A DNA stretch of 64,000 nucleotides, from the NCBI GenBank assembly GCA_007120385.1, contig SKNT01000026.1:45-64044 (forward strand), read 5' to 3'. The position numbers were made by a program, and so were the translations under genes. The notes beneath the pieces were generated by a model. It did not search any database and was not told the origin of the DNA. It worked only from the letters and a program-made list of their open reading frames with translations. This DNA comes from Balneolales bacterium. GTDB taxonomy: Bacteria > Bacteroidota > Rhodothermia > Balneolales > Natronogracilivirgulaceae. Numbering within the stretch: position 1 is the first letter of the stretch; the number at the start of each line of letters is the position of its first letter. Shown here one piece after another: positions 29,236 to 39,431 of this stretch.

Positions 29236-30762
29236 TCACTGATGCGGTGGTATAACAAGAGTCAGGGTCCGTGAATCTCGCTGAACCCGGATTGTGATCT
29301 CGCTATTTTTTTTGTTTTTCCAGGAGTCCGAAAATGCTTTCAGCGATGCCACGGGGGAACCATCCAGGTGGGTAACGACGTCCTCGCTCCTCATGCCGGC
29401 CTCGTAGGAGGTGCTGCCCTGTTCTACCCTTACCACTACCAGTTCGTTGCGCGAGAGCTCTTCCAGGATGGCCAGTTCCGCAAGTGTGAACCCGGCATCA
29501 AAAGATTGCTGGGGCACAGCTGACTCCGGATCTGCCTCAAACTCCAGGGGTTGTGGCGGTGGCGTGGCGGCACTTGCCCATTCGCGGATTGTTTCATCTT
29601 CCAGTCCCATAAGGGGAAAGCTTACATCCATCCGGGACTTGTTTCTCCATACGCTCAACTCCACCTCCTCGCCGGGCCGCATGAGTGCGATCCGTTCCTG
29701 CAGGCGGTTAGCGGCATCCACGGGAAATCCGTTCACGGCTAGGATCACGTCCCCGCGTTTCAGTCCGCCCCTGTCGGCACTTCCACGCGGCACCAGGTTG
29801 CGCACCTCTACGCCACCCACTTGGCTGAGACCGTGCCTTCGGGACTGATCGTAATCCAGGGAGGTTATTTCCACTCCGAGGAACGCCCGCTGGACAGTAC
29901 CGAATTCGATCATATCCTGTCCGATTTTCATGGCCATGTTGACCGGTACGGCGAATCCGTAGCCCTGGTATGTTCCGCTTTCCGAGGCAATGGCGGTATT
30001 GATGCCTATCAATTCCCCATTGGTATTGACCAGCGCGCCTCCGCTGTTCCCACGGTTGATGGCGGCGTCGGTCTGGATAAAGCTCTCGATGCGCATCCGG
30101 TCGGTTATAATATCCACGTCTCTTCCTATGGCACTGACGATACCGGCGGTAACCGTTGATCTGAGTCGGAAGGGATTACCGACAGCCATCACCCAGTCAC
30201 CAATCCTGACTTGATCCGAATTGCCGATGACGATCGGTGTTGCATCGCTGGTTTCTATTTTTATCACGGCCAGGTCCGTTGACGGATCGCTGCCAACGAC
30301 AATTGCCTGATACTGCTTGCGGTCGTGGGTCATCACCTTGATGCGCTTATCCGCGCCCTCTATGACGTGGTGATTGGTAAGGATGTACCCGTCGCGTGAA
30401 ATGAGCACTCCGGAGCCGATGCTTTGCGCTCTTCTCCGGGGCAGAAACCGGTCCCAGAACTGGTTTTCAAAATGATGGTTTTCATCGTCCGGGACAGCCT
30501 GCTGCATGGCTATTTCCGTTTCGATGTAGACCACTGCCGGGATGACTGCCTCAGCAATATCCCCGAAAAGTGTGGCCGGACCAGTAAATTCCGGTGCGCG
30601 CCTCGATTCTGGTGATTCCGAGCTGCGCATCACTTCGGTATAGCGCACCTCTACCCGTTCCGGAGGGATCCAGTTGCCACGCGTCAGCATAAGGAGTGCG
30701 CCCAGCAGCATGCCGGTCAGCAGGACCAGGATACTGGTCAGCAGTTTTTGGTGGAGTGGCAT
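29236..30762 (-). CDS. htrA: HtrA/DegP/DegQ-family periplasmic serine protease with two PDZ domains
   Basis: GNSGGALVNTNGELIGINTAI catalytic serine motif and HVIEGA histidine region. I prefer the Met at 30762 (MPLHQKLL... followed by a TM segment), which removes the overlap with recO. Confidence 0.9.
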   Translation of the reverse strand: MPLHQKLLTSILVLLTGMLLGALLMLTRGNWIPPERVEVRYTEVMRSSESPESRRAPEFTGPATLFGDIAEAVIPAVVYIETEIAMQQAVPDDENHHFENQFWDRFLPRRRAQSIGSGVLISRDGYILTNHHVIEGADKRIKVMTHDRKQYQAIVVGSDPSTDLAVIKIETSDATPIVIGNSDQVRIGDWVMAVGNPFRLRSTVTAGIVSAIGRDVDIITDRMRIESFIQTDAAINRGNSGGALVNTNGELIGINTAIASESGTYQGYGFAVPVNMAMKIGQDMIEFGTVQRAFLGVEITSLDYDQSRRHGLSQVGGVEVRNLVPRGSADRGGLKRGDVILAVNGFPVDAANRLQERIALMRPGEEVELSVWRNKSRMDVSFPLMGLEDETIREWASAATPPPQPLEFEADPESAVPQQSFDAGFTLAELAILEELSRNELVVVRVEQGSTSYEAGMRSEDVVTHLDGSPVASLKAFSDSWKNKKNSEITIRVQRDSRTLTLVIPPHQ

Positions 30763-30766
30763 GCTA

Positions 30767-31555
30767 TCAAAGAATTTGTTCAAAAATGGCGTCCGATCGT
30801 CTTCCTCTGACACCCTCCAGATGATACTGAAAATAGGCATCCAGATGATGGATCAGATGTTTCAAGTCAGTTGCCGGAAATTCGGCTTGCACAAGCATAG
30901 CCTTCTTGCCGTCAGCAATATAACGCAGGTATTCGGTCTGAGATTTTGTGAGACCGAAATTCAGCCCGTTATCGGCTTTGCCCGTAATGCTTCCGCTTTC
31001 CACGTTCAGGTAACACTCGAAAGCTGTTAGCGGTTCATTTGTTCCCTGGTGATGGGAGGAACCTCCCTCCTGCGGCATCAAATCCGGCTCCGGCAAGTTC
31101 AGTGTGATTCCGATGCCGGTTATCTGCGCCAGCCGAAACTGGATGTAGGGGAACAGAAACCGCGGGTTTTCATCGGTACTGTGAAGCCATGCCATGAAAT
31201 GCATCATGAATTCCATCATTTCCGGCATGGGCTCGTATTCATGACATAACTGTTCACAGAGTTCAATGGTTGCCAGACCAATAGCCATCTTCTCCATCTT
31301 CTGGTAGATGCGCCATGTCGGCAGTTTTTGGGCAGCATCGCTCAAATTCTGGACATCCCTGGTGGATTTGTGGTAATAGGACACATCCAGTATGGCTCCC
31401 GCTTGAAGCAGGCCGCCAAACCTGTTTTTGTTGCGACGAGCGCCACGGGCCATGACGGCCATTTTCCCGTGTTTTTCACTGAGCAGGGTCACGATCAGAC
31501 TGCTTTCACTGAAAGGTATCGTTTTCAGGACGATTGCGGATGTGTCTGTGATCAT
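30767..31555 (-). CDS. recO: DNA repair protein RecO
   Basis: 262 aa. The N-terminal OB-fold region MITDTSAIVLKTIPFSESSLIVTLLSEKHGKMAVMARGARR is typical of RecO. Confidence 0.85.
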   Translation of the reverse strand: MITDTSAIVLKTIPFSESSLIVTLLSEKHGKMAVMARGARRNKNRFGGLLQAGAILDVSYYHKSTRDVQNLSDAAQKLPTWRIYQKMEKMAIGLATIELCEQLCHEYEPMPEMMEFMMHFMAWLHSTDENPRFLFPYIQFRLAQITGIGITLNLPEPDLMPQEGGSSHHQGTNEPLTAFECYLNVESGSITGKADNGLNFGLTKSQTEYLRYIADGKKAMLVQAEFPATDLKHLIHHLDAYFQYHLEGVRGRRSDAIFEQIL

Positions 31556-31577
31556 GCGGATGTGTCTGTGATCATGC
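31535..31577 (-). repeat. Perfect tandem duplication (2 x 20 bp) of the recO start region
   Basis: The minus strand reads ATGATCACAGACACATCCGC twice in a row. The distal copy gives ATG ATC ACA GAC ACA TCC GCA TGA, and its TGA overlaps the recO ATG. Confidence 0.85.
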
Positions 31578-31607
31578 TGTCATTCGGCTGGGGAACATGT
31601 GCCGGGT

Positions 31608-34121
31608 TCAGAACCGGATCCATCCTCTGTTTTCGAGAAGCTGGACCATGGATGGCAGGTAAGTCAGTGCAGAAAAAAGGGTGAGACCTATTCCCACTAC
31701 GGCCAGAATTCCAATTGAGGTAAGGCCGGGATGATTTGTCAGCAAGAGGCCGGCGAATCCCATCATGGTTGTCAGTGATCCGATGCTGATATGCTGTCCG
31801 GTACTTTTCAGTACGGCGGACATGCTCTTCTTCCCTTCTTCCCGATACCGGCTGGCCAGGTGGACCCCATTGTCGTTTCCGATACCCAGGATGGCCGGAA
31901 GAACCACCAGGTTGTACATGTTGAAGGACAGCCCAAGCAGCATCATGGCGCCGAAAGTCCAGCTCAGCCCGATAAGAAGCGGCAGCATGGCGATGATCGT
32001 CCACCGGAAAGACCGGAATCCGATGTAGACCAGTATGAAAATCATTATAAATGTCGCCGCAACCATATACGGACTTTCGTCTCTCATCAGTTCAAGCATC
32101 TCGGCAGCCACTATGGATGTGCTTGCGGCATGGTATGTTTTTCCGTCCGCCGTCTGGATCGTTCCGATCTCGTTTTTGAATGCGATGGAATTTCTACCAT
32201 CGGATAGTCCCACAGCGGGGTACACCATTACAAAGCGGCCAATTTCACCGTCGCGGGTGAGGAATCTGTTTTTCAGGAATTCGGGCACATCATCCACACT
32301 CAATGGTTCGGTGACCCGTGAAGCTCGTTGCAGGATATCCATGTACTCACCTTCCACATCCTGCATGAACGGATCGCGCAGCAGCTCGCGCACTTCTGCG
32401 ATTTTGGCCAGCTTGATTTCCTCTTCCGCCTGATTGACAGGGAAGCGTTCCTGCAAGGCTTCAACGTCAAGAATGGTCGTTTCGGGATTGGTTTCCTTCT
32501 TCTCGCGGATGGTCTGAAGAATCATTCGGACTTCCTCATCGGTATCGGCAAGAATGTAGGCCGGATTTCGTCTTCCACCTGCCTGGTCTATATTCCCCCT
32601 CAAATCACGGTAACTCTCGTATTTTGGAAATTCAGGTTCCAGTTTTCCAAAGTTGTACTCAAAATAGAGTTTGTCGGTATTGAAGAGCACTACTGCTACA
32701 ATCAGGGTTCCGGCGGCAAAAATGACACGTGCAAACGGAAACGGTTTGCCGCTGCCGGATTTGGTGTGGTCCGGGAACATGTTTTTATTTATCAGGATCA
32801 GGCCGTAGCGCTCAAAGATCACGATAATGGCCGGCATGATGAACAACATGGACAGATAGGCCAGAACAATTCCGGTTCCAGATATGAACCCAAACTCGGA
32901 AAATCCCCGGAAATCGGCTATTACAAGGACAAAAAGAGCCACGGCGGTGGTGGTGGCGCTGGTCATGATGGCGGAGCCGGTTCCTTCATAGGTTTGCATC
33001 AGCGCATTCCGGACCAGCTCCCCTGACGATCGTTTCTCCAGGTATCTTGCATAGAAATGGATTCCGTAATCGATGCCGAGGCCGAAGAGAATGACAAACA
33101 GCACCGAAGTCATGGTGTTGAGTGTTCCGAAAACGAAGTAGGTAATGGCAAAGGTTATGCTCAGACTGATGAGCAGGGGAACGCCTATAACCAGAATGGG
33201 AACAGGAAACCGGATCAGGTGATTGAAAAGTTTGTGGGTGCGGTGACGGCGATGTCCCCTTCGATAGTTGATGATTTTCTTGATCATGAAATAGAATCCC
33301 ACCAGCAGGATCACGCCGGTAATACCCGACCCGAAACTGGTGATGACGTCCTTTATTATGGAGTCAAGTTCCATGAGATGCCGTTCCAGACGTCCGCCCG
33401 CAATGGCAATCATTTCCGGATGATAAGATGCAGGATCCATTTCGTCAATGAGTTGCTGGAATGCATCGAAAAGATTGCGAATGTAAGTCAGGTCGCTTTG
33501 TGATCCGGTCGGGTAAAAGCTGAGTACCAGGCTGGAACTGTCCTGGTTCACGGGATATTCCGAGGGGATCAGCTCGTGGTACATTTCTTCAAACTTCCGC
33601 AGGCGGTCTTCCTCGTCATCCTCCTCATCGTCAAAATCATCCTCGAAATCGATAAAAAACGGGTTGGCTTCCAGCCGGGCCCGTTCCAGCCGGTCCTCCA
33701 GATAGTTGATTACCTGGTCGATTTCATCTTCCGTTGAGAGATACAGGGCATAATCCTTGAGCACTTCCACATCCCGGCGAAACTCATAGCGGTTGACAAA
33801 GTAGTCATCCCGACGGGGGTCGTGGAGTTCCATGGCCCTGGGTATCAGGGCTTCGGCGAACGCCCTGTTTGCCTCGAAATCGGGGGAGTTGATAGTCACT
33901 TCCAGCGGGGTCTCCCCTCCCACGGATTCGCGCAGCCGCTCAAGGGCCTGGACACTTTCGTAGTGTTCCGGCAGCAAACTGGCGAGGTCGGTGTCAATAG
34001 CCAGCCTGGTTGCATAAAACCCCGCTCCGACAGCAAGTGAAATGGAAATCAGCAGAACTGCAAATGGGTACCGGTAGTTGAGCTGAATCAGGGGCCTGAG
34101 CAGGGCGAGTAAAGTTCTCAT
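31608..34121 (-). CDS. MMPL/RND-superfamily transporter, HpnN-like architecture
   Basis: 837 aa with a 1+5 / 1+5 TM layout and two large periplasmic loops. The N-terminus (..YPFAVLLISISLAVGAGFYATRLAIDTDLASLLP) is typical of MMPL/HpnN-type lipid exporters. Confidence 0.82.
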   Translation of the reverse strand: MRTLLALLRPLIQLNYRYPFAVLLISISLAVGAGFYATRLAIDTDLASLLPEHYESVQALERLRESVGGETPLEVTINSPDFEANRAFAEALIPRAMELHDPRRDDYFVNRYEFRRDVEVLKDYALYLSTEDEIDQVINYLEDRLERARLEANPFFIDFEDDFDDEEDDEEDRLRKFEEMYHELIPSEYPVNQDSSSLVLSFYPTGSQSDLTYIRNLFDAFQQLIDEMDPASYHPEMIAIAGGRLERHLMELDSIIKDVITSFGSGITGVILLVGFYFMIKKIINYRRGHRRHRTHKLFNHLIRFPVPILVIGVPLLISLSITFAITYFVFGTLNTMTSVLFVILFGLGIDYGIHFYARYLEKRSSGELVRNALMQTYEGTGSAIMTSATTTAVALFVLVIADFRGFSEFGFISGTGIVLAYLSMLFIMPAIIVIFERYGLILINKNMFPDHTKSGSGKPFPFARVIFAAGTLIVAVVLFNTDKLYFEYNFGKLEPEFPKYESYRDLRGNIDQAGGRRNPAYILADTDEEVRMILQTIREKKETNPETTILDVEALQERFPVNQAEEEIKLAKIAEVRELLRDPFMQDVEGEYMDILQRASRVTEPLSVDDVPEFLKNRFLTRDGEIGRFVMVYPAVGLSDGRNSIAFKNEIGTIQTADGKTYHAASTSIVAAEMLELMRDESPYMVAATFIMIFILVYIGFRSFRWTIIAMLPLLIGLSWTFGAMMLLGLSFNMYNLVVLPAILGIGNDNGVHLASRYREEGKKSMSAVLKSTGQHISIGSLTTMMGFAGLLLTNHPGLTSIGILAVVGIGLTLFSALTYLPSMVQLLENRGWIRF

Positions 34122-34359
34122 GAAAGTATCTTTGAAATGTTATAATCGGTAAAGAAGTTACAAAAAATTGTTGAAAACCAAGCCGTTCTCACATGCAGTA
34201 AGGATTGTGACGGAAGTAAAAAAATCGGGATATTGCCGGATTGTAATACAAGGCCGGAACTGGCGTTCCATAAGATAGCCGCGCACCATCCGTTGTTCGA
34301 GAGAATGATGCTGTTTTCTTGACTGAACGAGCCGGCCGGCAAAAAAAATCCATTATATC

Positions 34360-35478
34360 ATGTCTGTAACAAACCTGTTGAAGAATATTACGTATCAGGC
34401 GGTACGGTATTTTGCCGTAGTCTTAATGATTTTTCTGTTTTCAGTGACAACCATTGCAGCGGATGCACCCGACAAACCGGACTGCACAACGAAGTCGGGC
34501 ACTCCCGATGACGGTCTGCGGCAGACAGAGTGGTCAGACATGCTTCCGCACACAATGAAAGGTGACTATTACAATGAATTCTGGAGTTATCATCTGTTCT
34601 TCGAGGATGATCTGCATCTTCATCTGACCTTTTCTCTTGCCAATTTCGGATCCTTAAAAAGCCCCGTGAGCGGCGGCAAATTGTTTGTTTCCAATTTCAT
34701 GGGTGAAAACTATAATGTGGCTCGCGAGTTTGCCATAGAACATCTGGTGATTGATGAGGAGCAGCACAAGATCCGTCTACACCAGGGCCGCGATATTTAT
34801 CTTTACGGAAAGCTTCCCCATGAGCACCACGTCTATTTCAATACGACCAAAGACGGGGTAAGCTATCTGGTTGACCTGGACTTCCACGACATTCACCAGG
34901 GATACACCTGGGGTGATGGTATTTTCCGGTTGGAAAGTGAGGATATGGGCATTTTTGTGCACATCCCCCGCGCTGAAGTCAGTGGAATCGTAGCTGTTAA
35001 CGGAGATACGGTGCATGTCAGCGGCACGGCTTACATGGACCACACCTTCCAGACAAATCTTACCTCCAAAGTGGTCAACAAGGGATTCCGTCACATCAGC
35101 CACACGGATAGCGGGTTCCGCACCGGCTACTATCTGGTTCCCAAAAGAAGTTCCCAGACCGATGTGGTGGGTTTTTCGCTTATCCGCGAAAATTCACCTA
35201 CCCATCTTGAAAAGCCCGCACAGATAACCGTCCTTGACTCGGACCGAATTGGTGGAAAGACCGTTCCAAGACATGTTGAAGTGGTCTTTCAATCAGGCCG
35301 CCGCAGCGTATTCAGCAGGCAGGAAGATTTCCAGCATGTCTCCTTTCTTGAGGAGATAGGCGGGATTCGCCGCCGGCTTGTCAGGAGTTTTCTTGGCGGA
35401 GAAGTAATCGAATATGTCGGAATCGGAAAAATTGATGGAAATGTCCCGATAAATTATAATTTTTTCCTGGTTCACTGA
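34360..35478 (+). CDS. Secreted or membrane-anchored beta-rich protein, possibly lipocalin-like (AttH/CrtC/Svf1-type fold)
   Basis: N-terminal hydrophobic anchor or signal (YFAVVLMIFLFSVTTIAA). The rest looks beta-strand-rich, with a GTAYMDHTF segment reminiscent of AttH/CrtC motifs. The fold assignment is tentative. Confidence 0.55.
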   Translation: MSVTNLLKNITYQAVRYFAVVLMIFLFSVTTIAADAPDKPDCTTKSGTPDDGLRQTEWSDMLPHTMKGDYYNEFWSYHLFFEDDLHLHLTFSLANFGSLKSPVSGGKLFVSNFMGENYNVAREFAIEHLVIDEEQHKIRLHQGRDIYLYGKLPHEHHVYFNTTKDGVSYLVDLDFHDIHQGYTWGDGIFRLESEDMGIFVHIPRAEVSGIVAVNGDTVHVSGTAYMDHTFQTNLTSKVVNKGFRHISHTDSGFRTGYYLVPKRSSQTDVVGFSLIRENSPTHLEKPAQITVLDSDRIGGKTVPRHVEVVFQSGRRSVFSRQEDFQHVSFLEEIGGIRRRLVRSFLGGEVIEYVGIGKIDGNVPINYNFFLVH

Positions 35479-35508
35479 GTCGTATTTTTGATATACGATT
35501 TATCTGAC

Positions 35509-36324
35509 ATGTCAAAAAAGGAAAATATTTCAAACGGGATACCGAGGGTAAGTTGTCTGATGGTTACAGCTAACCGCAAGCGCCTTGCGGAACGTGCCGT
35601 GACATGCTTTGTCAATCAGACCTACCCGAACAGAGAGCTTGTCATCATTGACGACGGAAAGGAGGATTATACCCCCCTGTTTCATGGCATTGATCCCCGT
35701 GACGTTACCTATGTCCGCATTCCCAGAACCTCGCGGCTGGTACTTGGCACGCTTCGCAACATTGCACTGGAGCATGCCCGGGGCGAGTATCTGGTTCAGT
35801 GGGATGACGACGACTGGTACCATCCCGAACGCATTGCCCGCCAGGTATCTTGTCTTGATCAGGGATACGATGCGTGCTGCCTGTCAGCCTCGTTAATGCA
35901 TCTGGACAATCAGGACTTTTTTTCTCTGCCGTATATTGGATATCTTCCAAATGGTATTCCGGGCAGCATCATGCACAGGCGCAGTAAAACCATTCGCTAT
36001 CCGGAATACCGAAGAGCGGAGGATACGGTTTATCTGAAGCAGTGGATGAAGCGAAGGTACATTAAACTGCCGGAGATTCATGCCGGACTTTTCATCCGCT
36101 GTTTTCACGGAACCAACACCTGGGAAGAAGATCATTTTATACGCCGGATCCGAAACAGTCCCGCAAGCTGGGTGAACTACATGTATCACAAGTTTTTACG
36201 AGGCGACCTTTCGGGACACCCCCGTTTTCGGCTTCCCTCCCATCTTCGGTCGGCTTTTGAGCAGTATGTAGAAGAATCACGTTCACTGAATCTCTTTACG
36301 ACGAACACACACCAGGAAACATGA
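35509..36324 (+). CDS. Family 2 glycosyltransferase (GT-A) with intact DXD
   Basis: VSCLMVTANR, VIIDDGKED and ARGEYLVQWDDDDWYHPERI, matching the common GT2 pattern ARGEY..DxDD.W.P.K/R. The track start at 35488 is a TTG; I prefer the ATG at 35509. Confidence 0.8.
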   Translation: MSKKENISNGIPRVSCLMVTANRKRLAERAVTCFVNQTYPNRELVIIDDGKEDYTPLFHGIDPRDVTYVRIPRTSRLVLGTLRNIALEHARGEYLVQWDDDDWYHPERIARQVSCLDQGYDACCLSASLMHLDNQDFFSLPYIGYLPNGIPGSIMHRRSKTIRYPEYRRAEDTVYLKQWMKRRYIKLPEIHAGLFIRCFHGTNTWEEDHFIRRIRNSPASWVNYMYHKFLRGDLSGHPRFRLPSHLRSAFEQYVEESRSLNLFTTNTHQET

Positions 36325-37403
36325 ACATCATTTATGTACAAAGTTATCCCGTCTATCATGATCTGATAGATGAGCAGGAGTTTGCCGAACTGGCAAACCG
36401 TGACAAGTGGATGCCGGCTCTGACCTCGCAGCGGGGCTATCCTTCTCAGCTCTGGGCTGGTGGACATGTAGCCATGGAAACCGAGTGGCAGTACGACAAT
36501 CTGCCCGGTGTTCCTGTTCGTATTTTCAAAACGGATCAAAGCGATGGAAAAAGCCGGAACCATACTTCGCAGGCTCTGGTTGCTGCTGCCAGGGAGGCGC
36601 AGGCCGATCTGTTTGTTATCAAGGGAATTGACGGCGGGATTGGTGTTCAGCTGGCAAAAGAACTGCTTATACCAAAAAAATTCCCCTTTGCCGTAGTTAT
36701 AGGCGGCGAGTGGTATCACCCCATTGTAAAGCATGCCGCAGTTGTGCTGTATGAAACGGAATATCAGTTCCAGCAGCTGACCCGGCGCTCTCTTCGCTTC
36801 TGGCGCACTGTTGTACCGGAGGGAAAGATGATCCGGCTTCCAAAATCCGTTGACACACGACATTTCACCCCTGATTCCGATGTACAGAAAACTCATGATG
36901 TGATTGCCGCCGGTCGCCTTATTTCCAATTACAAGAACTATCAGTCGCTTTTTGAACTGTCAAAAAAACTGAAGGTCGGGGTAATCGGAGGCGGGCCGAT
37001 GCTCCCGCTGTTTCGCAGAAAATATCCGGAAGTCTCCTGGTTCGGACCGATTTCATACTCTGAAATGCCGGCCTATCTGAACAAGGGCAAAGTATTTTTT
37101 CACAGCGGCTATCGCGATCACTATCCCCGGACCATCTCGGAAGCCGCAGCTTGCGGTGTACCTCCGGTGGCATTCGAGGATATCATTCATGAAGATGTCC
37201 TTCCGGATAAGATCGGTCTGCGCGTCTCAAAAAGCGGCTATGTCGGACAGATTGCCGAATTGCTTGACAATAAGGAGCAGCTGGCACGGAAATCGGCCGA
37301 GGCAAGGGCCCATGCAGAAAAAAAACTGCATCACCTCTCATCGCTGCCTGCAATACGGGAAATGATATCACGGGTACTTACGGCCCGCAAAGTTTCGGGA
37401 TGA
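36321..37403 (+). CDS. GT-B fold glycosyltransferase (GT4/GT1-like)
   Basis: C-terminal ISEAAACGVPPVAFEDIIHEDV (E-x7-E-like region). Its ATG overlaps the stop of the upstream GT2 (ATGA). Confidence 0.75.
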   Translation: MNIIYVQSYPVYHDLIDEQEFAELANRDKWMPALTSQRGYPSQLWAGGHVAMETEWQYDNLPGVPVRIFKTDQSDGKSRNHTSQALVAAAREAQADLFVIKGIDGGIGVQLAKELLIPKKFPFAVVIGGEWYHPIVKHAAVVLYETEYQFQQLTRRSLRFWRTVVPEGKMIRLPKSVDTRHFTPDSDVQKTHDVIAAGRLISNYKNYQSLFELSKKLKVGVIGGGPMLPLFRRKYPEVSWFGPISYSEMPAYLNKGKVFFHSGYRDHYPRTISEAAACGVPPVAFEDIIHEDVLPDKIGLRVSKSGYVGQIAELLDNKEQLARKSAEARAHAEKKLHHLSSLPAIREMISRVLTARKVSG

Positions 37404-38338
37404 AATACCAGTTCCAACGGGTGTGGATCCGTCTGGAGACATTTGCCGGGAGCAAATCCGGCAAACAGCTTCTTCGTTACGGCAAATACCTGCTTCAGGC
37501 AACCATTGTCGGTATCCTGATATGGCAAATACTGCAGATTGGATGGCGGGAGGTCCTGTCCGAACTGCCGGTGCACCCCCTGTACTATCTGCTTTTCCTG
37601 GTACTCTACTTTGCCCTTCCTGTAACCGAATACCTTACCTACAGTATCCGGTGGCCGCTTCGATTCTGGGAAAGTCAGTCGATATTTCTGAAAAAACGAA
37701 TTTACAACAAGGTGGTGTTGGGATACTCGGGAGAGGTCCAGCTTTTTTTCTGGCTGCAGGGCAGGATTGGCATTCCCAATAAGGAAGCCTACGAGGTAGT
37801 GCGAGACAACAATATACTCTCTACACTTGCTTCCACATTGGTGGTCCTTCTACTTCTTGCAGTTTTTACGGGCACAGGACAACTGAATCTGAGTGCGTGG
37901 GTGGCTCTGGATGATCTGTATGTCATGCTGGCGGCCGGATTGATCATGCTGGCGGCGGCGTTTTTTCTCTTCCGAAAGTACCGGGAATACCTGTTCACCA
38001 TGCCGCGAAAGCCGGCACTCATCATTTTTGCGCTGCATAGCGGACGCATGCTGCTACTCACGGTTGTGCAGGTTCTGCAATGGTACGTTGTCATGCCATA
38101 TGTGGCGTTTGAGATCTGGTTTACCATGATCGTGCTGCAACTCATTCTCAGCCGGATCCCCTTCCTGCCAAGCAAGGATTTGGTCTTCATCGGAACCAGC
38201 CTTGAGTATGTGCGTCATGTGGAGGTGTCGGCTGCAGGCATTGCAGGATTGCTTCTTGTGAACCAGGTGCTGGACAAGGCGCTGAACCTGGTCATCTTTT
38301 TCATCTTGTCGTTACGTGATCAAAGGCAGGGTGATTAA
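37400..38338 (+). CDS. Polytopic membrane protein, flippase-like (LPG-synthase TM / UPF0104-type)
   Basis: 312 aa with about 8 TM segments. Its ATG overlaps the stop of the GT4 gene (ATGA). The family assignment is from the general pattern only. Confidence 0.55.
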   Translation: MKYQFQRVWIRLETFAGSKSGKQLLRYGKYLLQATIVGILIWQILQIGWREVLSELPVHPLYYLLFLVLYFALPVTEYLTYSIRWPLRFWESQSIFLKKRIYNKVVLGYSGEVQLFFWLQGRIGIPNKEAYEVVRDNNILSTLASTLVVLLLLAVFTGTGQLNLSAWVALDDLYVMLAAGLIMLAAAFFLFRKYREYLFTMPRKPALIIFALHSGRMLLLTVVQVLQWYVVMPYVAFEIWFTMIVLQLILSRIPFLPSKDLVFIGTSLEYVRHVEVSAAGIAGLLLVNQVLDKALNLVIFFILSLRDQRQGD

Positions 38339-38343
38339 GTGCA

Positions 38344-39375
38344 TCAAGAGCTTTTATCACCGGATGAGGTGAGCTTATCCCATTCTCTGTTTACAAATTG
38401 ATCGAACCAGGGCTTCTGATGGCCCCAGCCGAAGTGCAGGATGTACGGGGTGACCCACATGTGATCGTTGCCGCGGGGAAGCAGCCGGAAGAGTGTGAAA
38501 AGAAAATTCCTGGCAAGATTGTTTTCAATACCACGGAGTGAATGGATGAAAGGGTTGCAATAGTATTTACAGGAAACTTCGGAGTAGTTGGCGTTGGCTT
38601 TGGTCAATGGATGGATGAAATCCAGCTGAATGCTTTCCTGGGCATTGAACCATGGATAGACATGCAGGTTCAGCATGGTCACGGCCATTCCAAGGCTCCA
38701 CTCGCAACTTTCCAGGTTTCTTCCTTTTTCTTTTCTCCGGCTCACAAAATGAGTTTCGCTTTTACGTTTGAGAATATCGGCAGCCAGGCGGTTGACTTTC
38801 CGTGTGATTCCGGCATCGGCTGCATACATGACGCCGGTCTGCACCCGGGCCAGGCTGTTCAACCCGAAACGTTTCAGGGTACGCTGGCGACGGCGCAGCA
38901 GGATATCCGAGAGGATGCGGATATTTTTGTGTGAACCAAAAAAAACATCAGCGGATTCCTGGCCTGTAATGGTGTACGGATAGGGCCGCAGCGAGAGCCA
39001 CAGCCGGTCCGGATCACGGCACCAGATCATGTCCGAATCCAGATACAGATTGCGCACAAAGGGCATGTAATGGTGGAGGTTGTGCTTATAACCGATGATG
39101 GACTGATGGTCATCATCCAGATCCAGCACCAGGTCAAAAGGGGGATCAAAAGGCAGGGATTTCAGCAGCTGCCGGTGCTTTTTACAGCAGACCAGGGATA
39201 TGGGTCTTTTTCGGTCATAGCGCCTCAGGGTAAGCGCTGAAATGATGGCATCCCGAAGGAATTTTTCGGGTCCGTAGCTGGCATACACGTACCCTTCCGG
39301 TTGTTTGACTTCTGCAGCAGTATCTGCTGTTTCGCCGGTATTTGATTCAGGTTTGGTGCCAGACACATCGGCCAT
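38344..39375 (-). CDS. Putative GT-A type nucleotide-sugar transferase (GT8 / Gly_transf_sug-like)
   Basis: 343 aa. FVRNLYLDSDMIWCRDPDRLW resembles the YLDxD DXD segment of GT8/GT32-like enzymes. No TM segment is visible. Confidence 0.5.
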   Translation of the reverse strand: MADVSGTKPESNTGETADTAAEVKQPEGYVYASYGPEKFLRDAIISALTLRRYDRKRPISLVCCKKHRQLLKSLPFDPPFDLVLDLDDDHQSIIGYKHNLHHYMPFVRNLYLDSDMIWCRDPDRLWLSLRPYPYTITGQESADVFFGSHKNIRILSDILLRRRQRTLKRFGLNSLARVQTGVMYAADAGITRKVNRLAADILKRKSETHFVSRRKEKGRNLESCEWSLGMAVTMLNLHVYPWFNAQESIQLDFIHPLTKANANYSEVSCKYYCNPFIHSLRGIENNLARNFLFTLFRLLPRGNDHMWVTPYILHFGWGHQKPWFDQFVNREWDKLTSSGDKSS

Positions 39376-39431
39376 GCATGAGACTCCGTATTTCTATCTT
39401 TTTTAAGAGGTAAAGGAAATATTTTAAATGA

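Noticed and set aside
31552-32004. A 150-aa minus-strand ORF overlapping the 3' end of the MMPL gene and ending in MITDTSA.
   Set aside because: It is an out-of-frame read through the MMPL coding region. Its C-terminus is just the duplicated recO start unit. It has arginine/proline-rich composition typical of an off-frame translation.
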